Source of the DNA: Naegleria gruberi
Taxonomy: Eukaryota
Reading direction: 5' to 3' (one strand)
Length of the DNA stretch: 64,000 bases
Assembly: GCA_000004985.1 (NCBI GenBank)
Contig: GG738853.1
The notes under the pieces were generated by a model that did no database searches, was not told the DNA's origin, and saw only the letters and a list, made by a program, of their open reading frames with translations. The translations under genes were made by a program, and so were the position numbers. Every line of letters starts with the position of its first letter. Position 1 is the stretch's first letter. Of the stretch, positions 21,889-32,113 are shown piece by piece.

Positions 21889-22591
21889 TTCACATTTAGA
21901 ATAACAACTGGTTTTTCACATTGAAATAGACTAAAAACTCATTTATCTTATTTTTTCTAATTAGAAAGGTTTTCAGTGCCTTCAACTGGAAACATGCTTC
22001 GCTGTAGGTTTCCTCGTTCATAGATGATTGCTGCATTCCTTACCAGCCATGGTTTGTGAATGGGGGATTTGTGAACATGCAGATTGGTACCTTAAACTTT
22101 TTATTAATTAATAGAAAAATCACGCCTTTTAGGCAAAATGAAAGATTCCAACCTTTTATAATCACTATTAACATTCTGTAGATTGTGTAGAGAGCATGAT
22201 AATTCAACATTTAGTTATCTTCATGCACTGTATTGGAGTATTAAAGAATAACTTACTGAACCAACAATCAATAGATTCGTTACTCACTGCTCATACATAA
22301 AGACTGTAGCAAGATTGTCACCATATTCCTAGCAGGCTTCCTGTCCATTAAAACTAAAAGAATATCAACAACTACTGTTTTCAAAATGATATTGGTTCAG
22401 ATTATCGTTTCCTTATTCAATATTAAGTTTTTCTTAAAATTGCTACTTCCAAATCATGCTACATGCCTCTTTTCGATTAAGCCAGTACTATTTCTTATTA
22501 AGCCACTCAACCAAATGCAACCTTTTAACCATTTGGTTTATCAATCATGATTTATTTGTTATTAAAATGCTTATTTTCTTAGTGATGTCAA

Positions 22592-23400
22592 TTATTTCAT
22601 TTCACTTATGTATTTAACTCCTTCATCACCACTTTGACTGTAACCAATATCAAGTGATGTTAATTGCTTCATTTTGCTAATGTATTTGTATCCTTCACCA
22701 CTAATTTCATTGGCAGAAATATCAAGTGATGTTAATTGTTTCATTTCACTTATGTATTTGGCTCCTTTATCACCAATTTGATTATTAGCAATATCGAGTG
22801 ATGTTAATTGTTTCATTTCACTTATGAATTTAACTCCTTCATCACCACTTTGATTGCTACCAATATTAAGTGATGTTAACTGTTTCATTTCACTTATGTA
22901 TTTAGCTCCTTCACCACTAATTTCATTGGCAGAAATATCAAGTGATGTTAATTGTTTCATTTCACTTATGTATTTGGCTCCTTCATCACCAATTTGGATT
23001 ATCACCAATATCGAGTGAGGTTAATTGTTTCATTTCACTTATGTATTTAACTCCTTTATCACCAATTTCATTGTAACCAATATTAAGCGATATCAATTGT
23101 TTCATTTCACTTATATATTTGGCTTCTTCATCACTAATTCGATTTACACCAATATTAAGTGATGTTAATTGTTTCATTTCACTTAGGTATTTGACACCTT
23201 CATTGCTAATTTCATTGTCATAAATATTGAGTGATGTTAATTGTTTCATTTCACTTATGTATTTGGCTCCTTTATCACCAATTTCATTTTCAGAAATGTT
23301 AAGTGATAGTAATTGTTTCATTTCACTTATATATTTAACTCCTTCTACACAAATTTGATTATTAGTAATATTGAGTGATGTTAATTGTTTCATTTCACTT
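22592..23400. repeat. Tandem array of about 11 near-identical 72-bp units (one LRR each)
   Basis: Unit tgtttcatttcacttatgtatttggctcct(t/c)(t/c)atcaccaatttgattattagcaatatcgagtgatgttaat, repeated head-to-tail with a few substitutions per copy. Confidence 0.85.
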
Positions 23401-23777
23401 ATAAATTTGGTCTGGTTGGTTTTTACTAAAGAGGCAAGCAACCAACGATAAACTTTAACCTTAACAATACTATTCAGGAATTGACTTTTCATGAATAATT
23501 CAACTCGTTTCTCTGTAAATTTTTTTTTAAATTGAATACCAAGTTTTGAGCGTTCCTTGATCACATTAAAGAATTGTTTTGAAATTAAAGAACAATTATT
23601 TAAAATAAACCACGAATCATCAAGCATGGAAATTATTTCAAAACAAACATCATCTGAAAATATTTCTTGTTGAAGTTTCACACTTTTTGATTTCTCTTCC
23701 ATAATATTGTTAATGAATATTTCCTCCGAATTAATGAATTGATGATTTTCTAAATCTTGTCGATTTCGTTTTCTCAT
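22592..23777 (-). pseudogene. F-box/LRR gene (ISEMKQLTSL-type 24-aa repeats) with a +1 frameshift; pseudogene or assembly error
   Basis: ORFs 22986..23777 (F-box DDVCFEIISMLDDSWFILNNCSLISKQFF plus LRRs) and 22592..23008 (more LRRs) overlap out of frame. The repeat unit at 22961..23033 is 73 nt, not 72, with one extra base in tttgGatt compared with sister units. This causes the shift. Confidence 0.5.
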
Positions 23778-23870
23778 TTTTTTATAAATATCATAAATTT
23801 ATGTGCAGAGTAATGTTGAGCTGATGTTATGATTATTTTCTTATTCAACATTCAGTTATTAAGGAAAGAA

Positions 23871-23991
23871 ATGGCTACGGCCATATCACGATGAATGCAC
23901 CTCATCCCGTCCGATTTGAGAAGTTAAGCATCGTAGAGCCACATCAGTACTGAGGTTGGAGACAACTTGGGAACCTGTGGTGCTGTAGTCT
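23871..23991 (+). rRNA. 5S: 5S ribosomal RNA, copy 1
   Basis: ATGGCTACGGCCATATCACGATGAATGCACCTCATCCCGTCCGATTTGAGAAGTTAAGCATCGTAGAGCCACATCAGTACTGAGGTTGGAGACAACTTGGGAACCTGTGGTGCTGTAGTCT followed by a T5 Pol III terminator. Matches the eukaryotic 5S consensus (CTACGGCCATA, GAAGTTAAGCA, AGTACT, TGGGAGAC-like, GGTGCTGTAG). Helix I pairs the 5' and 3' ends. Confidence 0.93.
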
Positions 23992-24245
23992 TTTTATCTT
24001 TATGGAGAGAATATTAGTTTGTAATTTTCAGAATAACATGATGGTGTTAATATTTCCTTTATTTTTAAATATTAAGGAAATGCCCATGAAAATACCATGA
24101 TTCATGGACAAGGATTTGATCTTGTGCTCTGGTCAACGGATTTGAAGCATGACTGAAATTAGAAAAGACTTTAAGGGTAACCTGTTCATGCTTAATAATA
24201 AAAAACGAAATCAATTAATGGACATGAATGGGAAACCTGGCATTC

Positions 24246-25190
24246 TCAAAAGATGCTCTTTCTATGAATGATATTGAATCCACTCTCTTCATATTCCTCT
24301 AAGGTTATACGCATCGATGGGAAGGTTGATAATTGGGAGAAAATACTACCACCAAGCCACGCAGTGTACTTTCTATCTGGTGGTGCTATTATTCGAATGT
24401 TCATTGAAGAATGAGATAATTCCCTCAATTCATTATCCAATCGTTCTACTATTCCATTGAACAATGTCGATCCTCCTGAAAGAATAATATTCGAATACAA
24501 TTCCTTTCTAATATCTAAATCCGACTTTCTAATAGAAGTGAAAATATTTTCATGAATTCCACCAACTTCCATTCCAATAAGATTTGGTTGAAATAATATC
24601 TCACTAGTTTTGTATCTTTCACTTCCAAGTGCAATTATATTTCCATCCGGTAATTCATATGAAATTTCTGATATTGTTTCTTCCAAAAAATTACTAGCAA
24701 CACAACCAGCGAAGCCTGGACCGAGGGGAAACCCTTGACCCGGGACGAGCCAGCTGTTTTTCAATATTGATTACCCGCATTAAGCGGGAAACCCTCGCAA
24801 GAGGAACCCCATACCTCAGAGACCCAAACGATTCATTCGTTTAGGCTCGAATCGAGTTCATAATGGCAAACGGATGGATAGCCAGTAGGTGGTGCAAACC
24901 AACGAACGCTTAATTAAATATATAATCCCATATCTTTTCCATGTGATCAAAGTCAGTAATCAAACCACGATCAATTGGATATTTGAAAACATTCACACCT
25001 CTCCTTCCCAATGCAATATCTCCAACGAATGTGTCAATGGAGCCCATTCCAACCATGATGGTGGATACTTTTTGTCATCCAGTAACTGTGGGAAAGACCA
25101 CACATGGAGCATCATCAATAAAACCAGCTTTCATGAGAGAGGAACCATTATCAATGATGAGAGGTGGATGTTCAGACATTTTTTTTTTGT
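24246..25190 (-). pseudogene. Actin pseudogene (nonsense mutation, internal deletion/insertion)
   Basis: The minus strand 25190..24913 encodes the actin N-terminus (MSEHPPLIIDNGSSLMKAGFIDDAPCVVFPTVTG*QKVSTIMVGMGSIDTFVGDIALGRRGVNVFKYPIDRGLITDFDHMEKIWDYIFN). An in-frame TGA (plus 25063-25065) sits where actin has Arg in VGRPRH (CGA->TGA), and the fragment then hits TAA. 24703..24246 encodes actin residues about 225-375 (YELPDGN..GGSTLFNGIVERL..IIAPPDRKYTAWLGGSIFSQLSTF..HRKSIF*). About 130 central residues are missing and replaced by a non-actin GC-rich segment. Confidence 0.8.
24704..24912 (+). other. GC-rich, hairpin-dense ~210-bp element replacing the middle of the actin pseudogene (candidate structured ncRNA or mobile-element remnant)
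   Basis: Local GC content is far above surroundings. Plus-strand hairpins: CCAG-cgaagc-CTGG, AGGG-GAAA-CCCT, CCCGC-attaa-GCGGG, CCTC-GCAA-GAGG (GNRA loops), AAACGA-ttcat-TCGTTT, CTCG-aat-CGAG. GAGTTCATAATGGCAAACGGATGG loosely resembles the RNase P/MRP CR-V region. Identity unknown. Confidence 0.35.
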
Positions 25191-25301
25191 AAACTTAGTG
25201 TTATATGGTTGGTTCATGCAACAACATGGTGAGTTAAGGGCGAACAAATACTGACAACAAAACCTAATTAAAACCTTGAAGCTGACTGATGTAAAAGGAA
25301 A

Positions 25302-25374
25302 CGCCCACCGTGGGGGTCGAACCCACGACCACAAGGTTAAGAGCCTTGCGCTCTACCGACTGAGCTAGACGGGC
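25302..25374 (-). tRNA. tRNA-Lys(CTT): tRNA-Lys (anticodon CTT)
   Basis: Reverse complement GCCCGTCTAGCTCAGTCGGTAGAGCGCAAGGCTCTTAACCTTGTGGTCGTGGGTTCGACCCCCACGGTGGGCG. Anticodon loop CTCTTAA. Near-identical to the eukaryotic tRNA-Lys(CTT) as recalled from memory. Confidence 0.9.
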
Positions 25375-25445
25375 TACATTGCTTAATAAATCGTTTCCTT
25401 AATAACGATTTCTATGGTAAAATTCAAGTTTACTATTGATTAATT

Positions 25446-26932
25446 TCAATGTTCTGCGATTCTACAATAATCAGATTTTGATACATCAACTGCAATTCCT
25501 ATTTTGTTGAATTCCTCTTCAATTTGTTGAATCACGATATCCCTATTCGGATTATTTTCAAGTTGAATATTATTATATCTCAAATCAACAAATTCTAACA
25601 ATGTGAATTCTTTTCTCTGTAATTGGATTTGCTCTGCAATAAATAGTGCATCATTTTCTGTTGTTGAACCTGATAATGATAAATCCAATACGCGAACTCT
25701 TTTTGCAATATTTGATTTCATAATAAGTGGTAAGAGTTGCGGAATATTATAAGTATTTCTCAGACCAAAATATTCTAATGTTGGATACTTTCCATTCTCT
25801 GATTCTGAAAGCAGTTCTGTTAAATTTTTTTCTGTAATATCATTTGTAATGTGACAGGTCGATCATTTTACTTCTTATTTGACAGGGTGACCCTAACCAT
25901 AATTCTAAATGTTTCAATTGTGGGAATGAGCAGTTAAGAATTGATTGTAACATGGAATTTTCCATTGCTCCTGTTCTTATAATTAATACTTTCAAGTTGT
26001 TCAATTTAACTGGCTCTTGAAAATCACAATATCCAGCTAGATAGAGAAATTTAAGATTTTTGAAATATTTTAGTATTGAGATAGAAGTATAACAGGAATT
26101 TCGTACATAATCATTGGTTGACTTGGTATTTTCTACATAAAATTTTTTCAAACTTGAAAGAAGAAGAATAAACTAACCTCGTATGGAAATAATATTATCC
26201 AACTCAATTGGTTCGTAAGCTTCCTGTTGTTCTATTATATAATTATTAAACGATTCATGAAAGTAATTAGAACTTGGATAGCTCAACGATAATTCTTCAA
26301 AAGTTTTCAATTTTTCAATAATGTCCTGTGTTTCCTTGACCAATTCAACTGCTGGTCTCATTTTCCCATCTCCTAGTTGTGCACTTTTCAATTCATTTTT
26401 AAAGAATTTTAATATATCCAATCTGTCTTTGATAATCTTTTTGATAATATTCAACAGTACTTGTTTTTCATTCTTAATACTAGTGCTGCGTTGATTCATT
26501 TTCTTAATTGATTCTTGCCACTTTTTTCTAATGCATTCCAATTTTTCATCTGTCATTCTCCCAGATTGCAAAAGCATTCTCACAATTACTGGATAACTCA
26601 TTATTTGCTGAACTGAAAGATACACAATTAAATAGTACTGGTAGTTGCACTGATGATAATGCAATTCTCTTATTAATAAATAAATCGTTATACATATTAA
26701 TAAAAAGAAATCTATTATTTGCAATCTTTCCATAATATTCCTTATTCAATAATAAACAACTTGTAATTGTTTTGTAATCCAAATACTGAAAAACAATATA
26801 ACAAATAATATCGGAGGAGAGATTTTTAAATGAAATGTTTGTAGGAGAGAGGAGAGCAAAATCGGGACAATTCTCGCTCCAATCATCACCACGATCAAAC
26901 GTATCATTGTGCTGATGATGGTGATTAAACAT
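25446..26932 (-). CDS. F-box/LRR protein, multi-exon (at least 4 short introns)
   Basis: Exon 1 26932..~26651 encodes the F-box DIICYIVFQYLDYKTITSCLLLNKEYYGKI. ORFs 26546..26932, 26173..26733, 25840..26151 and 25446..25721 join in frame by splicing. Minus-strand introns: about 26608..26650 (GTGCAA..TTCAG, 43 nt), 26133..26177 (GTTAGT..TATGTAG, 45 nt), 25832..25871 (GTAAAA..TTACAG, 40 nt). This gives ..SPCQIRKKNLTELL..YFGLRNT..KRVRVLDLSLSG.. (FBXL-type LRRs). Confidence 0.6.
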
Positions 26933-27071
26933 TTTTTTTGATTTTTGTAAAATTTGCTGAATTGGATTTCATAGCCTTAGAAACTCAAGTGTTGGTCATG
27001 TGAGCATCTAAGGTTTCAATTGGTTTTTAGAACTTGGAATTGGGCTGATATTTCACATTTTGAGGTAATGA

Positions 27072-27192
27072 ATGGCTACGGCCATATCACGATGAATGCA
27101 CCTCATCCCGTCCGATTTGAGAAGTTAAGCATCGTCGAGCCACATCAGTACTGAGGTTGGAGACAACTTGGGAACCTGTGGTGCTGTAGTCT
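27072..27192 (+). rRNA. 5S: 5S ribosomal RNA, copy 2
   Basis: Identical to copy 1 except one substitution (ATCGTCGAGCC versus ATCGTAGAGCC). Followed by the same CTTTTTATCTTTAT tail. Confidence 0.93.
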
Positions 27193-27376
27193 TTTTATCT
27201 TTATCTTTTGTTGACCGATTTCCATCTCAGCACTTTCAATATTTCCTTCCTCAATCCTTTGTAATGCTTGGGTTTTGTGGGTTTGAGCTTTCAAAGTCAA
27301 TTTTGTAATCGCACTTAAAGTTCACAAATGTTTTGAATGTTGAAGTTTGACAACACACAAAGCCAAGTACTAAAAA

Positions 27377-28819
27377 ATGCATATACTTTCCCTCTCGTTG
27401 GATATTTGGCAATTTTGTATTTTTGAATATTGGCTTGGTCCCATTAGTGAAGTGAAATTAGATTCGAATGAAAATATTCTAAAATTTAAACATTTTTTTT
27501 ATCCAAAAATAGTGAATGGTTTGGATTTGGAAACAATTAGAGCAGTTCATAAATTGTGTCATGTTACTAGTAAAAAATCTAGTCACTTATTCATGATTGA
27601 AATGCACGATTTTTGGAAAAAAGTTTCAAATGTATTAGAAATGGTCGTTTATTGGAAACGATATCAAACTTTTGAGGGATTTTCCTTAGCAGTTGGAGAC
27701 ATTACTGTTGATGAGTCAGTTGCCCAAGTTAAAATGCAAAAGCTCATTGAGGCAACTGAAATGAATTCCAACAGAGAATATAACCAAATTATTGACCCTT
27801 CCATGTGTGAAAAAAATTCCTACTACTTTGGTGTGGACTTGGATCTCATACCGAATGATTTTACTGACGGAGAAGTGAACACGTTATTTGAGGAAAGAGT
27901 TCAGAAATTAATGGTATCTGAATCTAAATTTGAAAAGATAAGAGCCATCACTCAATTGGAACCATACGACTTGTTTTTACATAAGGCATTGATCTTGGCG
28001 CTTGATATGGTTTCTTACTTTGATAGTGAGAGACACATGAGTTACAGTACTTATAATTGCTATGACACATTTGAAAAGTGTTGTCTCATTTCGAAAGGTT
28101 TATTTACGAGAAACATGTCGGATCGTTCTCTTGGTCTATTAATTGACTTGGAGAATGAAAGGGAGGAAACTGTGAATCTCTTTGAAAAATTAGAGCCGAT
28201 TTATGTGGCCATTTCAATTCATATCACTCCAGATCATTATCAACACTTTACAGCACCCAAACATGCTCAATTTTTATGTCTTGCTTTTGCACACTTTTTG
28301 AATGAAACACCATGTCCCTATGAAAATTTCCTTGAAGGTCAGGAATTTCCAAATGTTCGTGATTTAACCATCAAGATGCCACCAATTGAAAATAACTATT
28401 ATTTCAAAATTGACACCAAGCAAGTGGAGAAGAACATTCTTTCCTCAATAACGAGGAAGAGATTTCCAAAGTTATTAAGAATTTCAATACAAGGATGTTC
28501 CAGAATAGATAATCTTTTAGAATTGGAAATATTTTCAGAGTTGATGTATGTGGAAATTATTCCACAGAAAATGGGAGACGATTACAATTATATTCTCAAT
28601 TGGTCTGAAAGAAGAGTTCACAATTTTATTAATCATCAATTTATTGAGAAGGATTCTTCATTGATTCACCAATTGGTTGTCCATGCAAATATTGTTAGGA
28701 ATAGTGCTGATGCCAATTATGACAGCATTAAGGAATTTTATGACATGAGTAGAGGAAAATTTGTGCCGTGCATTTCACGTTCCTCAATTAATGAATATTA
28801 TGATAGATGTTATGAATAA
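27377..28819 (+). CDS. Hypothetical protein (480 aa)
   Basis: Long ORF with A-rich start context (ctaaaaaATGcat). No recognisable catalytic motif. C-terminal region weakly LRR-like (LRISIQGCSRIDNLLELEIFSEL). Confidence 0.4.
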   Translation: MHILSLSLDIWQFCIFEYWLGPISEVKLDSNENILKFKHFFYPKIVNGLDLETIRAVHKLCHVTSKKSSHLFMIEMHDFWKKVSNVLEMVVYWKRYQTFEGFSLAVGDITVDESVAQVKMQKLIEATEMNSNREYNQIIDPSMCEKNSYYFGVDLDLIPNDFTDGEVNTLFEERVQKLMVSESKFEKIRAITQLEPYDLFLHKALILALDMVSYFDSERHMSYSTYNCYDTFEKCCLISKGLFTRNMSDRSLGLLIDLENEREETVNLFEKLEPIYVAISIHITPDHYQHFTAPKHAQFLCLAFAHFLNETPCPYENFLEGQEFPNVRDLTIKMPPIENNYYFKIDTKQVEKNILSSITRKRFPKLLRISIQGCSRIDNLLELEIFSELMYVEIIPQKMGDDYNYILNWSERRVHNFINHQFIEKDSSLIHQLVVHANIVRNSADANYDSIKEFYDMSRGKFVPCISRSSINEYYDRCYE

Positions 28820-28915
28820 ACATTTTGTAAACTTGGTTATTGAGCTTGAATTCTTGCTGATTTCAATCGTCAAAGGACTTTGCTTATAAAGTAGATATAA
28901 AGTATTATGATGTAT

Positions 28916-30462
28916 TTACAATTTTTGATGTTGTTGAACATGATAGAAAGTATCATGCTTTTCCTTATTGGTAGCATCAGGAGTGTGTAAAAATTCGACT
29001 AATCTTTTAGATTTAGCTTGTACCTTATAAGCTCTCTTCACCATTTCTGGTTCAAAGATTTTCAATAGAGATGCAAAGTTCAAATCTCCATTGCTTAATA
29101 ATTGTTCCTCCATTAATTCGACCAATAATTGCACATCATTGAGGGCATTGTTCATTCCTTGTCCTTTGAAAGGTGCCATAGCGTGCATGGCATCACCTAA
29201 AATGGTAGTATTAGAGAATTTGGTATGTGGTAGTGTTTGCAGCTTGGTTGATTCGTGAAGAAGACCTCCTCTCATCAATTCTACAGGTGTTTGTGATAAA
29301 AAGTATGGAATTGGGTGATCCCAATGTGAAATCTTTTCCTTGGCATATTCCAATAAATTTGACTTTTCAATCAAGATATTTGTCTTGAAATGTTCCATTT
29401 CAGTGGAATCTTTTTCAAGAGGAAAGGTTAGTAGCCACATGGATTCATCCTTTGTGAATGGTTTTACAAATAATCTAGAGTGTCCATCCAATACTTGAAA
29501 AACAGTGTCCAATGTCATTTTCCTAAGCACTTCATCTCCAGTCACATTGGCAATGCCATTAATCATGGCAACTCCAGTATAGGTAGCACATCCAAATCCC
29601 TCTCCACTTCCAAATGCATTAGTTTCTTGTCCATCAGTGTCAAGTTTCATTTCTCTATTCCAACATTAAATTATCAATGTAATGACGATCAATTAAATTC
29701 TGCTAAAATCTCTTACCTTCTCACAGCAGACATTAATCCATCACATCCAAGAAGAATATCAAAATCCCTCTCCTCTCCATCCTCAAATTCAACAGTTACA
29801 ATTCCATCATGTTCTCTAAAATGTTTCAAATCCTTATTCCAATATATTTTACCATCATGTTCCAAATATTCATCCAGGAATATCCTTCTCAATTCTTGTC
29901 TTGGTAGAGGAGTATTCATTCTCCTGGTATTCTTCTTCTTAACTCCGGACATGTATTTCAATTCACCTCCCTTAATCATTGAAAAAGTGAAATTTGCACT
30001 AATGATACACTGAGCCTTCTCTCTCACCTTCTTTTCCAATCCAAGTTTCCTCAACGACTCAAATCCATTCTCTTGAATGGTGAGAGCATATCCCTGAGCC
30101 CTCGAATCAAACGAAACATCCCTCTCAAAGATTGCATGTTCAATATGAAAATCCTTCAATTTTGCATTCAATTGATTAAAAGAAACTCCTCTTTTGTATT
30201 TCCAATCAAATTCAATGGATTTAATTTAAATAATAATATTAAATATTTAACATTAAAATTCATTCCGATAAATAAATTAAATATTCGTAATGATGATGAT
30301 CGTTAAATGATGATGAAGAAAAATTGAAGATATTTACAGTGCTAAACCAGCAATTCCCGATCCAATAATTGCAATACGAATAATCTTTTTATTCGTCAAA
30401 TTGTTCATGAAGTCTGAGGAAACATCAACAGCTGATGATGATGGTTGTGGGTTCGGCAACAT
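28916..30462 (-). CDS. FAD-dependent monooxygenase (salicylate hydroxylase / zeaxanthin epoxidase-like), 3 exons
   Basis: Exon 1 (30462..30337) MLPNPQPSSSAVDVSSDFMNNLTNKKIIRIAIIGSGIAGLAL carries the Rossmann GxGxxG. Intron GTAAAT..ACAAAAG (about 30219..30336). Exon 2 ..NQLNAKLKDF..DFDILLGCDGLMSAVRR ends in the GADG..S.VR motif. Intron 29655..29716 (GTAAGA..GGAATAG, 62 nt). Exon 3 ..GDAMHAMAPFKGQGMNNALNDVQLL is the GDAAH..P..GQG.N motif. Confidence 0.8.
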
Positions 30463-30535
30463 TTTTTTACAATTTGAAATTGCACAAATTTCAACATCAA
30501 ATTGTAAAGTAATTGTAAATGGAATAATATATTAT

Positions 30536-31766
30536 TTACATTAGGAGACAGTTTTCATCCTTTCCAAGTTTCTCAATCTTCATTCTCTTGTAATAAATCT
30601 TTAAAACTTCAGTAAAAATTTGATTAATGTTAGTTCCATCTTTGGAACTACATTCGATATATCCAGAAATTAAGGGATACTTGCTGAGAAAGGATGAAAT
30701 TTCCTCAGAACTCACAGCATAGGTCCTATCGACATTCCTCAAATTTTCATACCTATTACTATTCAATTGCTGTTGCTGTTCCTGTATTCTTGGACTCACC
30801 AAAGTTTCAGTTAAGATTCGAGGTTTGTTATCAAAAGTTCTTGTTGGATGTGGAGGTCTCAAAAGTGATCCAGAATTTGGACTATTTGAAGAGGAATTGG
30901 TTTGTAAACTTCCAGTACTTGAGCTACGTTGACGAGTGTGAGATTTCTTGGTTTCGTTTTTAAGTTGTTGAATGAGGGAAGTTTCGTCTTGATCAACTAA
31001 TGAACTTTCAGAATTTGAAGTGGAAATTGATACTTGTGGTGAGCTTGGTGTTTGATTTTTGGGTATCGGATAAGGCAACTTGATACCTCCTTTGAAAACA
31101 GTCGAATATTCCTTTTCACTTTCTTCTTGTTTAATTCGTTTCTGAACTAAACTGCTATTACTAGAAATTCCTTGAGAAAGAGGTAAAAATTCAATCTTTG
31201 GATTTTCACTTGGAGTTGAAATGACAGAATTTTGTTTGACACTTATTTTTCTCTTGACATCTCTTTGAATACTTTTCAAATCATTTCCACTGACTGATTT
31301 TGAATTTTCACATTCGAAACTATCTGATTTTGTTCCTACCAGGAAAACTACCTTCTCATTTAATGGTAATCCTTTAATGGAATTTAATTGTCGAATATAT
31401 TTTACCAAATCGAGGAAACTTTGACGATCATCGAGTGCAAAACACAACAAGTAAATATCCGCAACCTTTTCGAATTGTGAATTAACATGTTCAAAATCAT
31501 CCAATCCAATCGTATCATAGAATAATAATTTAATACTGTATCCATCATATTTATCTAATAATATTCGAAACCTTTCTAATATCACAAAATTACTTACACA
31601 CCACATAACTTCCTGTATATTGCCTGGGTACATATTCTTCATTAAATTCACTCGTTCTGAATTTAATAATTAAACTCGTCTTGCCAACAGTTGAGTTTCC
31701 GACAAGACAAACAGAAACCGTTGGTGCATTCGAAAGCGAAAGATTGGACGAAGGGGTGAAACTCAT
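30536..31766 (-). CDS. Ras-superfamily small GTPase (Rho/Rac-like) with a long Ser/Gln-rich C-terminal extension
   Basis: Exon 1 (31766..31598) MSFTPSSNLSLSNAPTVSVCLVGNSTVGKTSLIIKFRTSEFNEEYVPRQYTGSYVV has the P-loop. Intron 31555..31597 (GTAAGT..TTATTAG, 43 nt). Exon 2 has YKYDGYSIKLLFYDTIGLDDFE (DTAGQE-like G3), ADIYLLCFALDDRQSF, VVFLVGTKSD (NKxD-like). A low-complexity S/Q/N tail of about 200 aa follows. Confidence 0.7.
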
Positions 31767-32113
31767 ATTTTTTTATAAATTGGAAAATAAACAATATCGA
31801 AATGCTCTGATATCCAATCGTCTTAACAGTTGATTTACTTTGGCCCACTTTAGAATAAAAATGGAAATATTTGCCTCCTCCGAGACGAAATTGTCTTTTT
31901 GCTTTACAGTAAAAATTATCAATTTTTGTAAATTATTGTAGAAATCAGTAAGAATGCATTTTATCCGAAAGATTCACAATCTTATTTGTGTACTTGATGA
32001 GTTTAGATTCAATTCGAACAGTTTTTTGCATTCCAATAGAAGATGTTACTAGGAGGATGAGGAAAAGAGGAAGAACCTGAATATTAGTAATCAATTAGTC
32101 TTCACAAAGTAAT

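Noticed and set aside
21360-22590. Possible additional ncRNA or mobile element in the 1.2-kb gene-free stretch around tRNA-Leu
   Set aside because: Other than the tRNA, no stem-rich GC island, terminal repeats or ORF were evident by eye. Left unannotated.
22592-23400. Possible CRISPR-like array (regular direct repeats)
   Set aside because: The repeats are 72-bp coding units of an LRR gene without unique spacers. The context is eukaryotic. This is not a CRISPR.
25063-25065. In-frame TGA inside the actin-like reading frame as possible evidence for a reassigned stop codon (TGA=Trp or Cys)
   Set aside because: All long conserved genes in the window (Top2, DYRK, the 2,221-aa ORF, epimerase) are open under the standard code with no internal TGA at conserved positions. 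The gene is also internally deleted. A nonsense mutation in a pseudogene explains it.
24889-25254. Plus-strand ORFs (24889..25254, 24983..25192) between 5S copy 1 and tRNA-Lys
   Set aside because: They are the antisense of the actin pseudogene N-terminal fragment. The minus strand gives a clear actin alignment and the plus-strand products have no features.
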